DNA from: Paraspadella gotoi
Lineage: Eukaryota; Animalia; Chaetognatha
Direction of reading: 5' to 3'
DNA: 64,000 nucleotides
NCBI GenBank assembly: GCA_051294375.1
Contig: CM119270.1
Span: 2,909,213-2,973,212 of the forward strand
Shown: positions 39,233 through 52,729 of the stretch, in pieces
Position numbering within the stretch: the first letter of the stretch is position 1
Layout: each line of letters starts with the position of its first letter
Notes under the pieces: generated by a model
Database searches by the model: none
The model's input: only the letters and a program-made list of their open reading frames with translations
Told to the model about the DNA's origin: nothing
Position numbers and translations under genes: made by a program

Positions 39233-40044
39233 NNNNNNNNNNNNNNNNNNNNNNNNNNNNNNNNNNNNNNNNNNNNNNNNNNNNNNNNNNNNNNNNNNNN
39301 NNNNNNNNNNNNNNNNNNNNNNNNNNNNNNNNNNNNNNNNNNNNNNNNNNNNNNNNNNNNNNNNNNNNNNNNNNNNNNNNNNNNNNNNNNNNNNNNNNNN
39401 NNNNNNNNNNNNNNNNNNNNNNNNNNNNNNNNNNNNNNNNNNNNNNNNNNNNNNNNNNNNNNNNNNNNNNNNNNNNNNNNNNNNNNNNNNNNNNNNNNNN
39501 NNNNNNNNNNNNNNNNNNNNNNNNNNNNNNNNNNNNNNNNNNNNNNNNNNNNNNNNNNNNNNNNNNNNNNNNNNNNNNNNNNNNNNNNNNNNNNNNNNNN
39601 NNNNNNNNNNNNNNNNNNNNNNNNNNNNNNNNNNNNNNNNNNNNNNNNNNNNNNNNNNNNNNNNNNNNNNNNNNNNNNNNNNNNNNNNNNNNNNNNNNNN
39701 NNNNNNNNNNNNNNNNNNNNNNNNNNNNNNNNNNNNNNNNNNNNNNNNNNNNNNNNNNNNNNNNNNNNNNNNNNNNNNNNNNNNNNNNNNNNNNNNNNNN
39801 NNNNNNNNNNNNNNNNNNNNNNNNNNNNNNNNNNNNNNNNNNNNNNNNNNNNNNNNNNNNNNNNNNNNNNNNNNNNNNNNNNNNNNNNNNNNNNNNNNNN
39901 NNNNNNNNNNNNNNNNNNNNNNNNNNNNNNNNNNNNNNNNNNNNNNNNNNNNNNNNNNNNNNNNNNNNNNNNNNNNNNNNNNNNNNNNNNNNNNNNNNNN
40001 NNNNNNNNNNNNNNNNNNNNNNNNNNNNNNNNNNNNNNNNNCGC

Positions 40045-40089
<45 letters not shown>

Positions 40090-40899
40090 TCATCTTCCCC
40101 TCCCTCCTTTTAATCCTCTCCCTCCTTCCTCCTTTTTGCGTTCCTCCTCCTCTTCTTGCCCTTCCCCCTATTCTCTTACCTCCTCCCTCCCTCTTCCCTC
40201 TTCCACCCTCCCTCATTCCCTCATTCCCTCTCTTCTCTCTTTCTCCCTCTCCCTCCCCTCCTTCCTCTCTCCTCCTCACTCTTCTTCTTCCCTCCCCCTC
40301 TCATCCCCCATCTCTCTCAACTCGTTTCTCTCTCGATTCTTAGTTTGATTTTCGATCTTCAAGTCTTTTTTTTAACTCGCGAGGAAATTTCGATCGCTTT
40401 GTCTTGTATCAACTTGTAAACGAGAATATCTTTATATTGTTTTGACATTATACCTACTAGTACTAGGTATTACCTAGTCTTGCTGGACATTCAACTACGT
40501 AAATTAATCATGTTGAGTTCGAAATGAAACGAATATATTTTGTTTGCACGTACGAAAGATTTTGGCGAATCTCTACTCTCTCTCCTCTCTCTCTCTCTCG
40601 TCTCTCATGCTCTCTCCTCGTCTCTCATGCTCTCGTCTCTCGTCATTGCTTGGCCGTGGGACGATCTGATTGGCGAGCTGCGTCTAAATGAGTTTTTGTA
40701 AAAAGACGTCTAATTCGATTTCAATTTTACGGTTTTGGCAACAAAATATCAGGAATTTTTAGCATAAATTTTATTTTATCGTTTTTTTCGTGTTTTCTTT
40801 GTTGCCGCAATGTTGCTGACCATGTATCTCTTTTTTAGGTTGCAGGAGATAAAAACTCTCTCTCTCTCTCTCTCTCTCGCACTTTTAAACTAGTCCCAG

Positions 40900-41019
40900 A
40901 TGTCTTCAGATGAGGTGCCAAAAATTCCCAGATGGTGGATGGGGGGATTGTCAGATTGTTGCGCCGCTTGCGTCACTCATCCTATGGATCTCGTCAAAAC
41001 GCAGCTGCAAATGCAACAA
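40900..41019 (+). CDS. SLC25A10: Mitochondrial dicarboxylate carrier, coding exon 1
   Basis: MSSDEVPKIPRWWMGGLSDCCAACVTHPMDLVKTQLQMQQ|gtcagg matches the DIC N-terminus (RWYFGGLASCGAACCTHPLDLLKVHLQTQQ) and contains the carrier motif PxDxxK. Confidence 0.9.
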
Positions 41020-41044
41020 GTCAGGTGCAATTGGGATGCGTTAT

Positions 41045-41573
41045 GTCAGTTCCCGAAAGCGCCCAATTTCTGTTATTTATCCAGGATTTATTTAGAATTT
41101 AAATATTTAACGGGTTAAATGTATTTTTATTGATCGGGGTTCGGGGGGTTTATGGTGAAGGGTAGATTATTTGTGGTTTAGGGTTAGGGGTGGTTAGGGT
41201 TCAGGGTTAGGGTAATTAATTTTCTTTTAAATAAATATTTTTAAATAATTTTAAAAAAAATTAAAACCCAGTCGGCGAAAGTAAAATTTTGCTTATTTAA
41301 TTTTTAAAATTTTTTAAATATAAATAAAAATTTGCAAATTAAATATTAATTTAATTTTTAATTTTGATATTTAATAGTTCATTTTAATTTAATATTTAAT
41401 CTTTAACCCAATTATTTAAAATTATAATTTTATTCTATACCCAAATTTTTATTTTAATAATTTAATCAAATCCTTCATCATTATTTAACTGCTTATCTTT
41501 TTTCTCATCTTATCCCTTATCCCTAACCTTAAAAACTTAAAATAAAAATAGGACATCTTTGGAAAATATGACC
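41045..41573. mobile_element. Small TIR element with TTAGGG/CCCTAA-like interior, family member 4, in carrier intron 1 (partly repeated at ~41900-42351)
   Basis: Left gtcagttcccgaaagcgcccaatttc; right aaaataggacatctttggaaaatatgacc; interior ggtttagggttaggggtggttagggttcagggttaggg. Confidence 0.55.
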
Positions 41574-41672
41574 GCCAGGGTAGAATTTCAATGCACCTGG
41601 AATTATTATATTTTAAGAGAAATAACCAGCGAACCCGAAATCCCAAATCCCTTTCCCTTCAATTTGAAGCAG

Positions 41673-41815
41673 ACCTCAAACAGCTCGTCAACTCGTCGTC
41701 GACGTCCGTTCGTCGACCGCGAGAGCTTGGACGGCCTTCCCCTAACGACGGAATCTCCGCCTCTGGATGAGATGGGGACATCACGGCGAGGTGGTTCATC
41801 TACAATAAATTAAAG
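41673..41815 (+). CDS. SLC25A10: Dicarboxylate carrier exon 2, error-containing copy A
   Basis: cag|TSNSSSTRRRR...(YDGISAS)..MRxGT...TARWFIYNKLK|gtcttt; frameshifts relative to copy B. Confidence 0.7.
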
Positions 41816-42453
41816 GTCTTTGGACATTATTTGCCAGTTATGAATATTGCTATAGAATTTTTTAAAAAAATATTATAAAAAAGATATGNNNNNNNNNNTT
41901 TATTTTCACTGATCGGGGTTCGGGGGGTTTATGGTTAAGGGTAGATTATTAGTGGTTTAGAGTAAGGGGTGGTTAGGGTTAAGGGTTAGGGTAATTAAGT
42001 AATAATTATTTAAATTTTTTTTAGATAAATATTTTTAAATGATTTTTTAAAAAAATATTAAAACCCAGTCGGCAAAAGTAAAATTTTTGCTTATTTAATT
42101 TTTTTTATTTTTTAAATATTAATTTAATTTTTAATTTGAATTTTAACATTTAATAATTTATTTTAATTTAATATTTAAACTTTAACCCAATTATTTAAAA
42201 TTATAATTTATCTTTTACCCAAATTGTTATTTTGATGAATTAATCAAATCCTTCATCATTATTTAACCGCTTATCTTTTTTCTCATCCTAACCCTTATCC
42301 CTAACCTTAAAAACTTAAAATAAAAATAGGACACCTTTGGAAAATATGACCGCCAGGGTGGAATTCCAATGCACCCGGAATTATTACCTCCTTTTAAGAG
42401 AAATAACCAGCGACCCCGAAATCCCAAATCTCTTCCCCTTCAATTTGGAGCAG

Positions 42454-42615
42454 ACCTCAAACAGCTCGTCAACTCGTCGTCGACGTCGNNNNNNNNNNNN
42501 NNNNNNNNNNNNNTCGTCGACGCGGAGTTAGAGGCCTTTACGACGGAATCTCCGCCTCTTGGATGAGACTGGGACATATTGCACGGCGAGGTGGTTCATC
42601 TACAATAAATTAAAG
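42454..42615 (+). CDS. SLC25A10: Dicarboxylate carrier exon 2, copy B (internal N-gap)
   Basis: RRRGVRGLYDGISASWMRLGTYCTARWFIYNKLK (one 1-nt indel) aligns to DIC GILALYSGLSASLCRQMTYSLTRFAIYETVR. Confidence 0.8.
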
Positions 42616-42902
42616 GTCTTTCGACATTTTTGCCAGTTATGAATATTGCTATAGAATTTTAAAAAAATATATAAATTGTTTTTTTAATTAGATGCTTCGA
42701 TTGCATTTGATTATTTATTTTACTTTGATGTTTTTCAACAAAATTTAGAGTATTAAAAAAGATTGAACAAGATATATTAAACAAAGCAATATTAAACGTC
42801 GATTAGTATTTGAAATTTACTTATAAAATAATATCAGTATATTACGTTAATGTAAATCATTTTTGAAGTACGGAAAAGTGGTCACTTGCACAGCTGCAGA
42901 TT

Positions 42903-43428
42903 AACAAGTTTGAGCAAACAATTCGGATCTGCCTACGATAATTAATTAAATTAATTGATTAATTAATTAATTATAGATTAATTAATTAATAATAGATTAA
43001 TTAATTAATTAATTATAGATTAATTATAATTTATATCAGCTTGTCATCATCGATGTCCTTAAAATTGAGTCAGGACAGTTATTAAATATTGTTGTTTACA
43101 TTTTATCAAAACAAACAAATATCCTCTATTATCGAGCCAGGCGGGCAAAGCCCGTCCTGTTCGATTTTTTTTCGGTTTAGCTTCGGTCTCGCTTTTTTGC
43201 AAATCATGGCTTCTGAAGTGTGATATCATAGGGAGTTGAATTTTCATATATGGCTTCTAATCATCAAGATCTTTAAAATCTCATGTTTCATATCCAATAT
43301 TGGTATTTGTTTATGTTTTATTTACAAAACAAAAACGTTTTAATTATATGTCGCTCTCTCTCTCTCTCTTTTTCTCCGTCACTGCTTCTTCTAAAAACGA
43401 GTTCCGGCTTTGCAGCGTCTGTCCAGCT

Positions 43429-43479
<51 letters not shown>

Positions 43480-43959
43480 TTTTTTTTACAAAAAAATTTT
43501 TAGATATAATGTGGGTTCACTAATGTAAAAAAACGATGCCACGAACAGGGCGCAACCCGGTCCTTTGGTAGAGAATAGCTCACGCTACGTGCGGCCATAA
43601 GTACTGCTGATTCTTTACGAGTAAAGGGGCTGTAGAGCTCTCTCTCTCTCTCTCTTTTAATTTATATATCGTTCTTTCTCTTTCTCTTTTTCTCTGCAGC
43701 GGCTGTCTCTCTTCTCTCTCTTTTCTCTCTCTCTCTCTGCTCTCTGTGTGTCTGTCCCTATCTGTCCGATCTTTTGCGTGATCGTTTGGTTTTTTGAAAA
43801 TTCTGATTATTTTTTTCCTTCTAAAACTTTTTATATTGCCATTTATTCCGCGCTTTTTTCAATACAAAATCCCATATTTTCTCCGAGATTTTCGTGGATT
43901 TATTCTCTTCTTTCTCTCTCTCTTCTCTCTTCTCTCTCTCTCTCTTTCTTTCTCTCTCT

Positions 43960-44013
<54 letters not shown>

Positions 44014-44382
44014 ACTCATACACGCATTTGTTTGTTTATGTGACTATCATCGCATCAATGAATGACAATCATCGCATCAATGAATGACAATCATCGCATC
44101 ACTGAATGACTATCATCACAGCAGTGAATGACTATCATCGCATCAATAATTGATTATCATCGAATCAAATAATCAATTCCTATTACATCAATAAATTACT
44201 ATTACATCAATCAATTAGTATTACCTCAATCAATTACTAAGTACATCAACAATTCGTTATCGAATGATTCATTCGTTTTTTTCCCGGTTTTTTTTATTAA
44301 TTTTCTATGATAGTGGGCTCTGGCTCGATCTGATCTTTTAAGATTTTTTTATTTTTCTCACTCTCTCTCTCTCTCTCACTCT

Positions 44383-44419
<37 letters not shown>

Positions 44420-45590
44420 ATGCAATAGCGACGATCCTTATGCTTTTAAGATTTTTTTACTTGCATCATTTTTTCAAACTTGCATAATTTTTTCAACTTG
44501 CATTCGTCAAAACTTTATATCTAGCTCTTCACTCACTTTCCTCCGGCTCACAAAATTTCATCTCATCTATCATGGGTAAAATAAATAAAAAGATTCAAGT
44601 AAATGTGACTCAATTTTTTTTCATTTAAACTCATTTCCACTGGTACGTTTCCACTGAAACTTTATATCAAGCTTCGTCATACGTTTTCCTACCCACACAC
44701 AAAATTTCAACTCAATCTATCCATCCAATTATGATTAATGGAGTATTTATTGGTTAAAATAAGTAAAAAGATTTTAGTAATTCGACTTATGTTTTTCCAT
44801 TAAAATAATTTCCACTCACACGATTCCATCGAAATTTTATATCCAGCTTTATCACACACTTTCCCTACCCACAAAAAAATTTAATTCCAATCCAACCAGC
44901 AATCACGAGTTATTGGAGCTTTTTGCTAAGATGGGACGGATGGACGGATGGATTGACTAATTAATTAATTATTGTATTAATTTATTTACTATGATTAATT
45001 AACTGATTAATTATTTGATTTATTAATACATCCTGCAGATACATTTAATATAAACGGAAAAGAAGCATAATCAATTAGTAAAACAGGTTTTTTGTTTTTT
45101 TCCATTTAAAACTCATTTCCACTCAAACTTATTCATCGAACTTGATTTCCTGTTCAACACACACTTTCCTACCCACATACAAAATTCCAGGTCAATCAGC
45201 CCATCCACTCATGAGCAATTGGTGTTCAAATAGTGAATATATTTTTTTTGTTTTTTCCATTTAAACTCATTCCACTCGGACGATCCATCGAAACTTAATA
45301 TCCAGCTCAATCAACACACTACCTATCCACACACAAAATTCATTTAAATCCATCCATCCATCACGAGTAATTGGTGTTTTTTGCTAAGGTGGACGGACGG
45401 ACGGACGGACGGACGCGGGACAGACGGACGGACGGACATCATTTTTTTTGCATAATTTATCATAATTCGATGTTCTGACATGATATAAGTTGTGTGCCCG
45501 ACAATATTGAGGGGGCGGACCGACGGACCGAAAAGTGAGTTATAAAAAGTGAGTTATAGAGTCGGGATCTGCTGATAAGCAGATCCGACT
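42903..45590 (-). mobile_element. Non-autonomous Helentron-associated (HINE / DINE-1-like) element, ~2.7 kb, in carrier intron 2
   Basis: Sub-terminal inverted repeats tcggatctgc (~42923) / gcagatccga (~45579); end hairpin gtcgggatctgct-gata-agcagatccgac; short palindrome gtttg-ag-caaac at the other end; (GGAC)n at ~45390-45437; 4-5 central tandem units (~44500-45390). No clear TSD; it inserts beside a T/A run. Precise empty site cagatt^aaaaatgacc at 52698-52713. Confidence 0.85.
44040..44260. repeat. ~21-bp tandem repeat (atgactatcatcgcatcaatga-like) inside the HINE
   Basis: At least 5 clear units, decaying to the right. Confidence 0.85.
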
Positions 45591-45615
45591 AAAAATGACC
45601 ACCTCGCCCACTCAG

Positions 45616-47465
45616 GAAATCCTAACCACCCGCGAGTCTCCCAACTTGTCCTACCGCTCAAAGTGGTCTGCCGCCGCTGGTGCCGGATTCTCGGCGGATT
45701 TGTCGGCGTTCCGCGGAAAGGTCAACGTCCAGGATGCAGAACGATATTCGACTTCGGTTGAGCAGAGGGTTGACGAAGGTTTGGGGTTTGGTTTGTTGTT
45801 GAAGGATCTATTAATACTTAGAATACAAGGTTTTCAAAACGCCGGTGGCCAAACTTTACCTTATTCTAGTCATAATTTAGCTTGTTTATTTAAATGTAAC
45901 AATATAATCATTCAAGTACCAAGAACTAAGGAAACATATCTGAGTTAAATTGACTTTTAAATTCGGGAAGATAAAACTAACTTTTTTTAAAACTTCTGTT
46001 TCGTATGATATCTGAGTGCAATAATAAAATGCGCAGACAGTATCCAAGTGAGATGATTTCCTTGTCACAGTTTTTTTGAGCTTAAGTGGTACAGTTATAG
46101 AGTGATACATTTATATAACTACAATCGCTGGACGCTAAAACCTCTTCTACTTTCGAGTTGAAAAGTGAGCCATGAAACCTTCTAGAGAGTGTACAGCACG
46201 GTCAGTCGGTCATTTTCAACTTATTGGAGCGGCGATTATTACATAACATCTTTTGTTAGGCCTCAACTCATTATGCCAGATGTAATTTTAAATCCTTGCT
46301 ACGTTTGGCACTTGGCACTGGCATTTGGCAACTTTTGTCAATTCGCAACGCACTACCAATCACCCATTCGTACGTTGGTCTTTTCTTCTCACAGGAGAAA
46401 CTACAGAACGTTTTCCACGGTCTCTACAAGATCGCGAACACGAAGGTTTCGTCGGCCTTTCGGTGGATCCTGATGTTTCTGCAGGTTTGAAAAATTAACA
46501 GGGAAGTCGACCGATTTGATCTCAACGGCTCCGCCTCACCTCTGACTTACCCTCCAGCGGGCTCTCGTCATCGGCCGTGGTCAGTTCAGCACTACGATCA
46601 GTCAAGCAGCTTCTCTTGGCGTCGTCGTTCGTCGCGTCGTCGTGGCGACCACACTTCACCGACTCCTTGACGACCCACTTGATCTGCAGTTCGCCGCTGA
46701 TTCCGTGGCGCCCGCGTGGCGCAACCTTTTGACACTTTGAAGACTCGGATTCAGGCCAGAAGAGGGCGGGGCGGATTCGTTACAAAGGATTTAAAAAAAG
46801 TTCTTCAGCGTGAAATCGGTCGCCGTCACGTGATCATGATTCATTTTTCTTTTCTTTTCTTTTTTTCTTTAATAAAACGAAATTAATTTTTTTAATAATT
46901 TTTTTTTTTGGTCATTAGAAAATTTTTCAGGATTTTATTTATTTGTTTATTTCGATTATTTTATTTTTTTTTAAGGAAAGTTTAAGTCTTCATTTAATTC
47001 AATTTTAAACTATAAATTTGGAGATAAATTTTAGAAAAACCAATCAAAAAATTAATTTTCAATCTTTTTCTTTAATCTTTTCCTTCTTCTTCCATCTCTT
47101 CTCTATATTTTCATACCTCTCGCATTTATCATAATCATTTTTAATTAATCATTTATCATTCGATGCGTTAAAACTATTATATTTCGGACAGTCGGACCGA
47201 CCAGACCGACCGAAAAAGCGTCTTATTAAGCCGCGTTTCGCCGGGACTAAAAAAACCCTAATTATAAATTATAAAATTGGACACAGGCCTCGGCGCCCAG
47301 GCCAATTCTCCGGATATCGGTCCGTCCTGCGTTTTACCCTTGGATGGGCGTGGCTGGACTCTACAAAGGCTTCCTTCCCGCGTGATTCGACTCGGGACTC
47401 AAACGACAATCATCTTCGTCATTTCAGCAGCTGAGATCAGATTCGGGAGACGGAAGAAATATTAA
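45616..47465 (+). pseudogene. SLC25A10: Dicarboxylate carrier exons 3-6, copy 1, with many 1-nt deletions (unpolished haplotype copy or pseudogene)
   Basis: Colinear with 52730-54625 but frameshifted throughout. Deletions occur in introns and exons alike, which favours sequencing error over decay. Confidence 0.7.
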
Positions 47466-48009
47466 CGTTTTTTGGAAGGTCTTATTTTTATTATATTTTA
47501 ATTTGTGTACTTTAGTTAGGTTTTTTTTTAAAGATATTCGCATTATTTATCAATTTTTTTCTTCGTCCTGTTGTGTATAACTCGAAAATTGTAAATGTAC
47601 TTAATTTATAGAAGATGCTTACAAATCTTTGTTTAAAAAAGTTAGTCATTACCGAATTTATAACTGACGATATGAACGATATTTTATATGTAAAATTTTA
47701 CTAATTATTTCGCCAACAACTGGTTCGATTACAATTAATAAATGTATCATAAGGAATGAAATGAGACAAAAATAAATTGTTATTCAATAAATCATCAATT
47801 AATAGTATATATTCTAGTCAATCAGTCGATCAAATTATTATCTTCAAAAATCACCAAAAATCACAAAAATCCATCAACAAAATTCCATCATTCAATCAAT
47901 CAATCAATCATAAAAACCAATCAATTAATTAATCAATTAATCAATCAGTCAATCAATCAATCAATCAATCAACTCAACCAATCAATTTTCCATCCCTTCC
48001 TCTTTCCAA

Positions 48010-49455
48010 GACGACGCCGTCATTCCGACGACGACTTCTCATCGTCCGACTTCTCCAACATCAACAATCCGAGGAACCTGTCCAGTCGCCGGCGCCCCTT
48101 CGGGCACGCGGCCACCGGCCCCACGGCTCCGCCCCTACCGCCGTGACCTCGCCGCGCCCGCCAACGCCGCCCCGTCCCGCACCGGCGTCGTGGGCGCCCA
48201 AAACGGCGCCCCGACGCCCGTCGCCGTCATCATCGATCTTACACTCAATTTCCGGCGACGATGACGTCGAAGAATCATCATCATAATCATCATCATCACA
48301 TCCCATCACAACAACATCATCATCATCATCATTCTTCCCCATCATCCCGTCGACACTCCAACGACTCGTCCGCCAACAAAAGACCATCCACGACGAACGT
48401 TCGCGTTTGTCCCGCGACCCCAAACCAACATCACCCCAGCACTTCAACAATAACAACCACATCAACCACAACGGCGCGTTTATCCACATCATCGCGCCGT
48501 CTACGCCGCCACAACGTCAACAACGTCAAAAAAAGTTGCGGCGGCGGGGCGGCGGCTTCATTCAGCTTCAAAACATCCGAGACCCGAACAACCCCTGACC
48601 TATCACCATCAGCAACAACCCCATCAAGCAACAACAACAACAGACAAAAAAACATCACGATCCCTCATCTTCCTCGCCTCAACGACTTGGACGTTTCTCG
48701 GACACTGAGGACGATGTCGAGAGAGTCGGTGACGTTTCCCGTTGCGGTGCCGACCAACGCCGTCCTGTCGGCGCGCGGAGACCCAATACCCGGGCGCCGC
48801 TTATGCTCAGATCGCGAGGTGCGAACACGACGAAGAGGAGGAGGAGGAGGAGGAGGAGGAGGAGGGAGAAGAAGTAGAGGAAGAGGAGGAATACGACGAT
48901 CCTCCCCTTCCTACGAAGAAGCGTCGTCTTACTTCGAGACTCCAAACGGACGACTCATTCCGAAACACGACGACCACGCCGTTCCTGCAGCAGCAACAGC
49001 AGCAGTTGTTACAGCAGTCGATGCCGGCAACAGCAGCAGCCAACGACGATAAAACTGACGACCGAAGGATAAACGTCAAATCATCCTCAACGGACCAACC
49101 CTTTCCTCGTGGCGGGCTGTCGGACGTGGCCAGAGACGGCGCCAAAAAGACGCCGAGGATGACGCCGCTAAAGACGTTCGCGACGCGACGCCCGATGCCG
49201 AGCAAAAGAGCCGCCGCCGAGGAGGGAGCGGCGTCGCCACGACGAAAGACGCGGTTTTTCATCGACGCCGGGAAGATGTGCGTCGCCGTCTGAGACGGAA
49301 GAGGCGCCGGAATCGGCGAGACGCCCGTGGCACGACGCCGCTTTTATCGCCGACGCCCGAAAGCGGCGAAACGACGACGACGATGACGACGGCGTCGCTG
49401 TTCCCACTCAACAATTGTTCGAAGTCGAAAAAAAGAAGAAAACGAAAAGAATATA
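48010..49455 (+). pseudogene. Frameshifted copy 1 of the large low-complexity terminal exon
   Basis: Colinear with 55214-56651, with numerous small deletions. Confidence 0.75.
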
Positions 49456-49902
49456 AAAATAATTGTTTATTAATTCTAATTTTTCACTCTTCGCAAAATA
49501 AAAAAATGACACTTTTTTTCTGAAACGCCCTATTTTCTGTTTCTTAATACCTGAACTTAATTTTAATTTTAAATATAAAAACCCTAATTTCTTACCTAAT
49601 CTTTAACCAAATACCTAACCTTAGTTACAAATCGCAAAGGCTTATCCCTTAACATATTCCTAACCTTAAAACTGACTGAATTCTGTATTAATCTGAAATG
49701 GGGCGTTTTTTTTTGAAAATAATGGCCAAAAAATTTTTAAAACATAAGATAAAAAGGCAAATAAAAACTCAACTTAAGATTCTATCAGAATTCTCTTTTT
49801 CTATTGTTAGTATCTCTGGCAACTTCCATTTGGATAATGTATAATTTCCTTCTTTTTTTGAAATATCAATAATGACTGGTCAAAATAATCGTGTAACATT
49901 CT

Positions 49903-49940
<38 letters not shown>

Positions 49941-50944
49941 TCCTTGCTGGATTAGCCTGTTTAATTCCTCCCCACTCCTATTCTTCTTTTATCGTTTACG
50001 AAACGCATAAAAGTTTTTATTGTCGTCAAGCGACGACCGCGATAGGATTCGGGATTGGAGACTTTATTCAGTTCCAATATTTGTACCCGAGACTTACTAA
50101 TTGATCCGCTACTGTTTTACTTCTGTTGTTCCGATTTTTTTTCGATTTACTACTTGGAAATAATTGTTACTTTTATGAAGGATATAACATACTGGCTGAT
50201 GGCATTCTACCTTTTCCTTCCCTCTCTGATGATAACATACTGCTTGTATGGCATCTAGCCCTTCCCTCCGCCCCATCTCTTTCTCTCTCTCTCTCTCCCT
50301 TTTCTCCCCCCCCCCCCCCCTACATTTTTATTTTCAATTAAGAAATTACAATCAAGAGGGCATGATTTATTAAAACGGTGTTTTAGACAAAAATGTAATC
50401 CGTCAAAATCTATCATAAAAAAAACAAAAAAAAAAAAACAAAAATTGCGGTGTTTATTTTTTTTTTTTCCTTTTATCCAATCTGTATTGTATATTTCCGC
50501 CCTCCAACAATTTTGAAACTTTTAGATTAAATCAAAACTCGTAAGAATCAGCTTCCCCACTTTTTAAAAAAAGAAAATGGTGTACAAGTTACAAGGTTCG
50601 TCCCCAATTATGAATATACATATAAAAAACGAAACTAACTGGATGGGGTTGATTGTCTCTGTAATTGTCTATACGTAACCCGTATGTTTCGATATACGAG
50701 ATATTTAGTATTTCAATTTTTTTTTCGCGCTTTGATAAATGGAATTGAAATCTTGGTTGAATTAAAATAAAAATTAGAAATTAATATATTTGATCACTTT
50801 ATTCTCACGTTTTTTGAGTCAGCTCATCGTGAGAAACGTTAAACAATGTTAATGTATCTGATGTCTAGACAACGTTTAATAAACTAGACAGAGGGTCCTC
50901 GATTGATAATTTCCGGGTCCAGCTCTGTTATGATCTTCAAAGTA

Positions 50945-51540
50945 ATGAAATTGGTACAACCAATATAAAAATTATCCATTCATTTAATAAATAAGCTATC
51001 TTGCCCCTGACTTTGGACAGGCTTTGGTGGTTTCAGGCCTCCATCACTTCTTACAAGATAATGACAAGCAGGTCCCTGCAAGCTTTAATCAAGACTCTTT
51101 CACAGTTTCGTTGTAATTCACTCCCAGAGTACCTGGCTTCCCTATCAATGAGTGGAAATATTTCAAGAATGTTTCAATTGTATGAAAAGACCACTCCCTT
51201 AGTATTAGATCGGGGAATACTTATTGTACTCCGCATTAGCATCAAAATACAAGGAGCTGAATTTTATGAAATTGGTACAACCAATATAAAAATTATCCAT
51301 TCATTTAATAAATAAGCTATCTTGCCCTGACTTGGACAGGCTTTGGTGGTTTCAGGCCTCCATCACTCTTACAGATAATGACATAGCAGGTCCCTGCAGC
51401 TTTCAATCAAGACTCTTCACAGTCTCGTTTATTCACTCCCAGAGTACCTGGCTTCCTATCAATGAAGTGGAAAATATTTCAAAGAATGTTAATTGTATGA
51501 AAAGACACTCCCTTAAAGTATTAGATCTTACCATGTCCAA
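50945..51540. repeat. ~320-bp tandem duplication (also at ~58205-58790)
   Basis: atgaaattggtacaaccaatataaaaattatcc...ttggacaggctttggtggtttcaggcc starts at ~50945 and again at ~51266. Confidence 0.9.
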
Positions 51541-52729
51541 AGTCAAGAATTAATGATTAAATGTTACATATATGTTGTACAATTTCTCAAGGACGCAAGA
51601 GAGTATTCTGTTAGACAGAGAGAGAGAGCCTCGATTGAGCGCTTGATGGGTCCGGTTATCTTGAAGAGAGCATTGAGTCACTAAGATACGGTTAAAACCC
51701 GCCATAGGCTGACCAAAGCAAGTAACAATATACATCATGTAGTAGATCTTAGTATGAAATAGTTTTTCATTATTAGACAACTTTGCCATAAGCAAGATCA
51801 ATTTTACGATGACGTTAAAGAGATCATAGAATATTTTTCCTTCTTTTCGTATAAAAGATGAGAAAACTTTTCATATCTCGAACTTCTAGATCTTTTTAGG
51901 AGATTAAATGCAGTACATGACAACCGTCTTGAAGTCTTGAGTTCCTATAGTAATCAGAGCTGATATAAACAAACAGAAAATTAATAAATTATCAATGATT
52001 AATTGCGTTCAAGTCTCTGAGCCTTCGTCAGTTGTCGGCTCGTTTATGTATTAGGGTTTTTTACCCATTCTTTCGTCACATCAACACGCTATTCGTCTTC
52101 TATAAAATATGGTGCCCGCCAAACAATCTCAAAATTCTTTTCAACCTGTTTCTGATTGCGAAAAAAACCGACGGCTGAAATGGCGGCATTTTTTAAAATT
52201 AATTTAAATGCAATCATTATATGGTAAAAAAAATGGAGCTAAAGTATTTCATAATCTCGCCAACATTAATTGAAAAATCAAGAATGTAAACATCGAGTTA
52301 GTTTGTTTTAATGTGAGTTTTTTTCCCGCTTTTTTCATCAAAACAAACAAAACTTAAATCCTCTCCTCCTTTTTCACGGCGAGGTGGTTCATCTACAATA
52401 AATTAAAGGTCTTTCGACATTTTTTGCCAGTTATGAATATTGCTATAGAATTTTTAAAAAAATATTATAAATTGTTTTTTTAAATTAGATGCTTCGATTG
52501 CATTTTGATTATTTATTTTACTTTGATGTTTTTTCAACAAAATTTAGAGTATTAAAAAAGATTGAACAAGATATATTAACAAAGCAATATATAAACGTCG
52601 ATTAGTATTTGAAATTTACTTATAAAATAATATCAGTATATTACGTTTAATGTAAATCATTTTTGAAGTACGGAAAAGTGGTCACTTGACACAGCTGCAG
52701 ATTAAAAATGACCACCTCGCCCACCTCAG

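Noticed and set aside
41170-41215. Interstitial telomere or chromosome fusion site
   Set aside because: Only short degenerate TTAGGG units, enclosed by the TIRs of the small element family.
41125-42670. Tandem duplication of carrier exon 2 (possible mutually exclusive exons)
   Set aside because: The two ~780-bp copies flank a 10-N gap and differ mostly by indels; this is best explained as overlapping contig ends or haplotypes.
44040-45390. CRISPR-like array of repeats
   Set aside because: The units are tandem and degenerate with no unique spacers, the context is eukaryotic, and there are no cas genes; they belong to the HINE interior.
45616-49455. Programmed frameshifting or RNA editing to rescue the frameshifted copy
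   Set aside because: Indels are equally frequent in introns and intergenic DNA, and an intact copy exists 7 kb away; sequencing error is simpler.
51000-52200. Decayed transposase or RT on the minus strand downstream of the orphan exon
   Set aside because: Short peptide-like stretches are visible, but I could not recognise any diagnostic motif.
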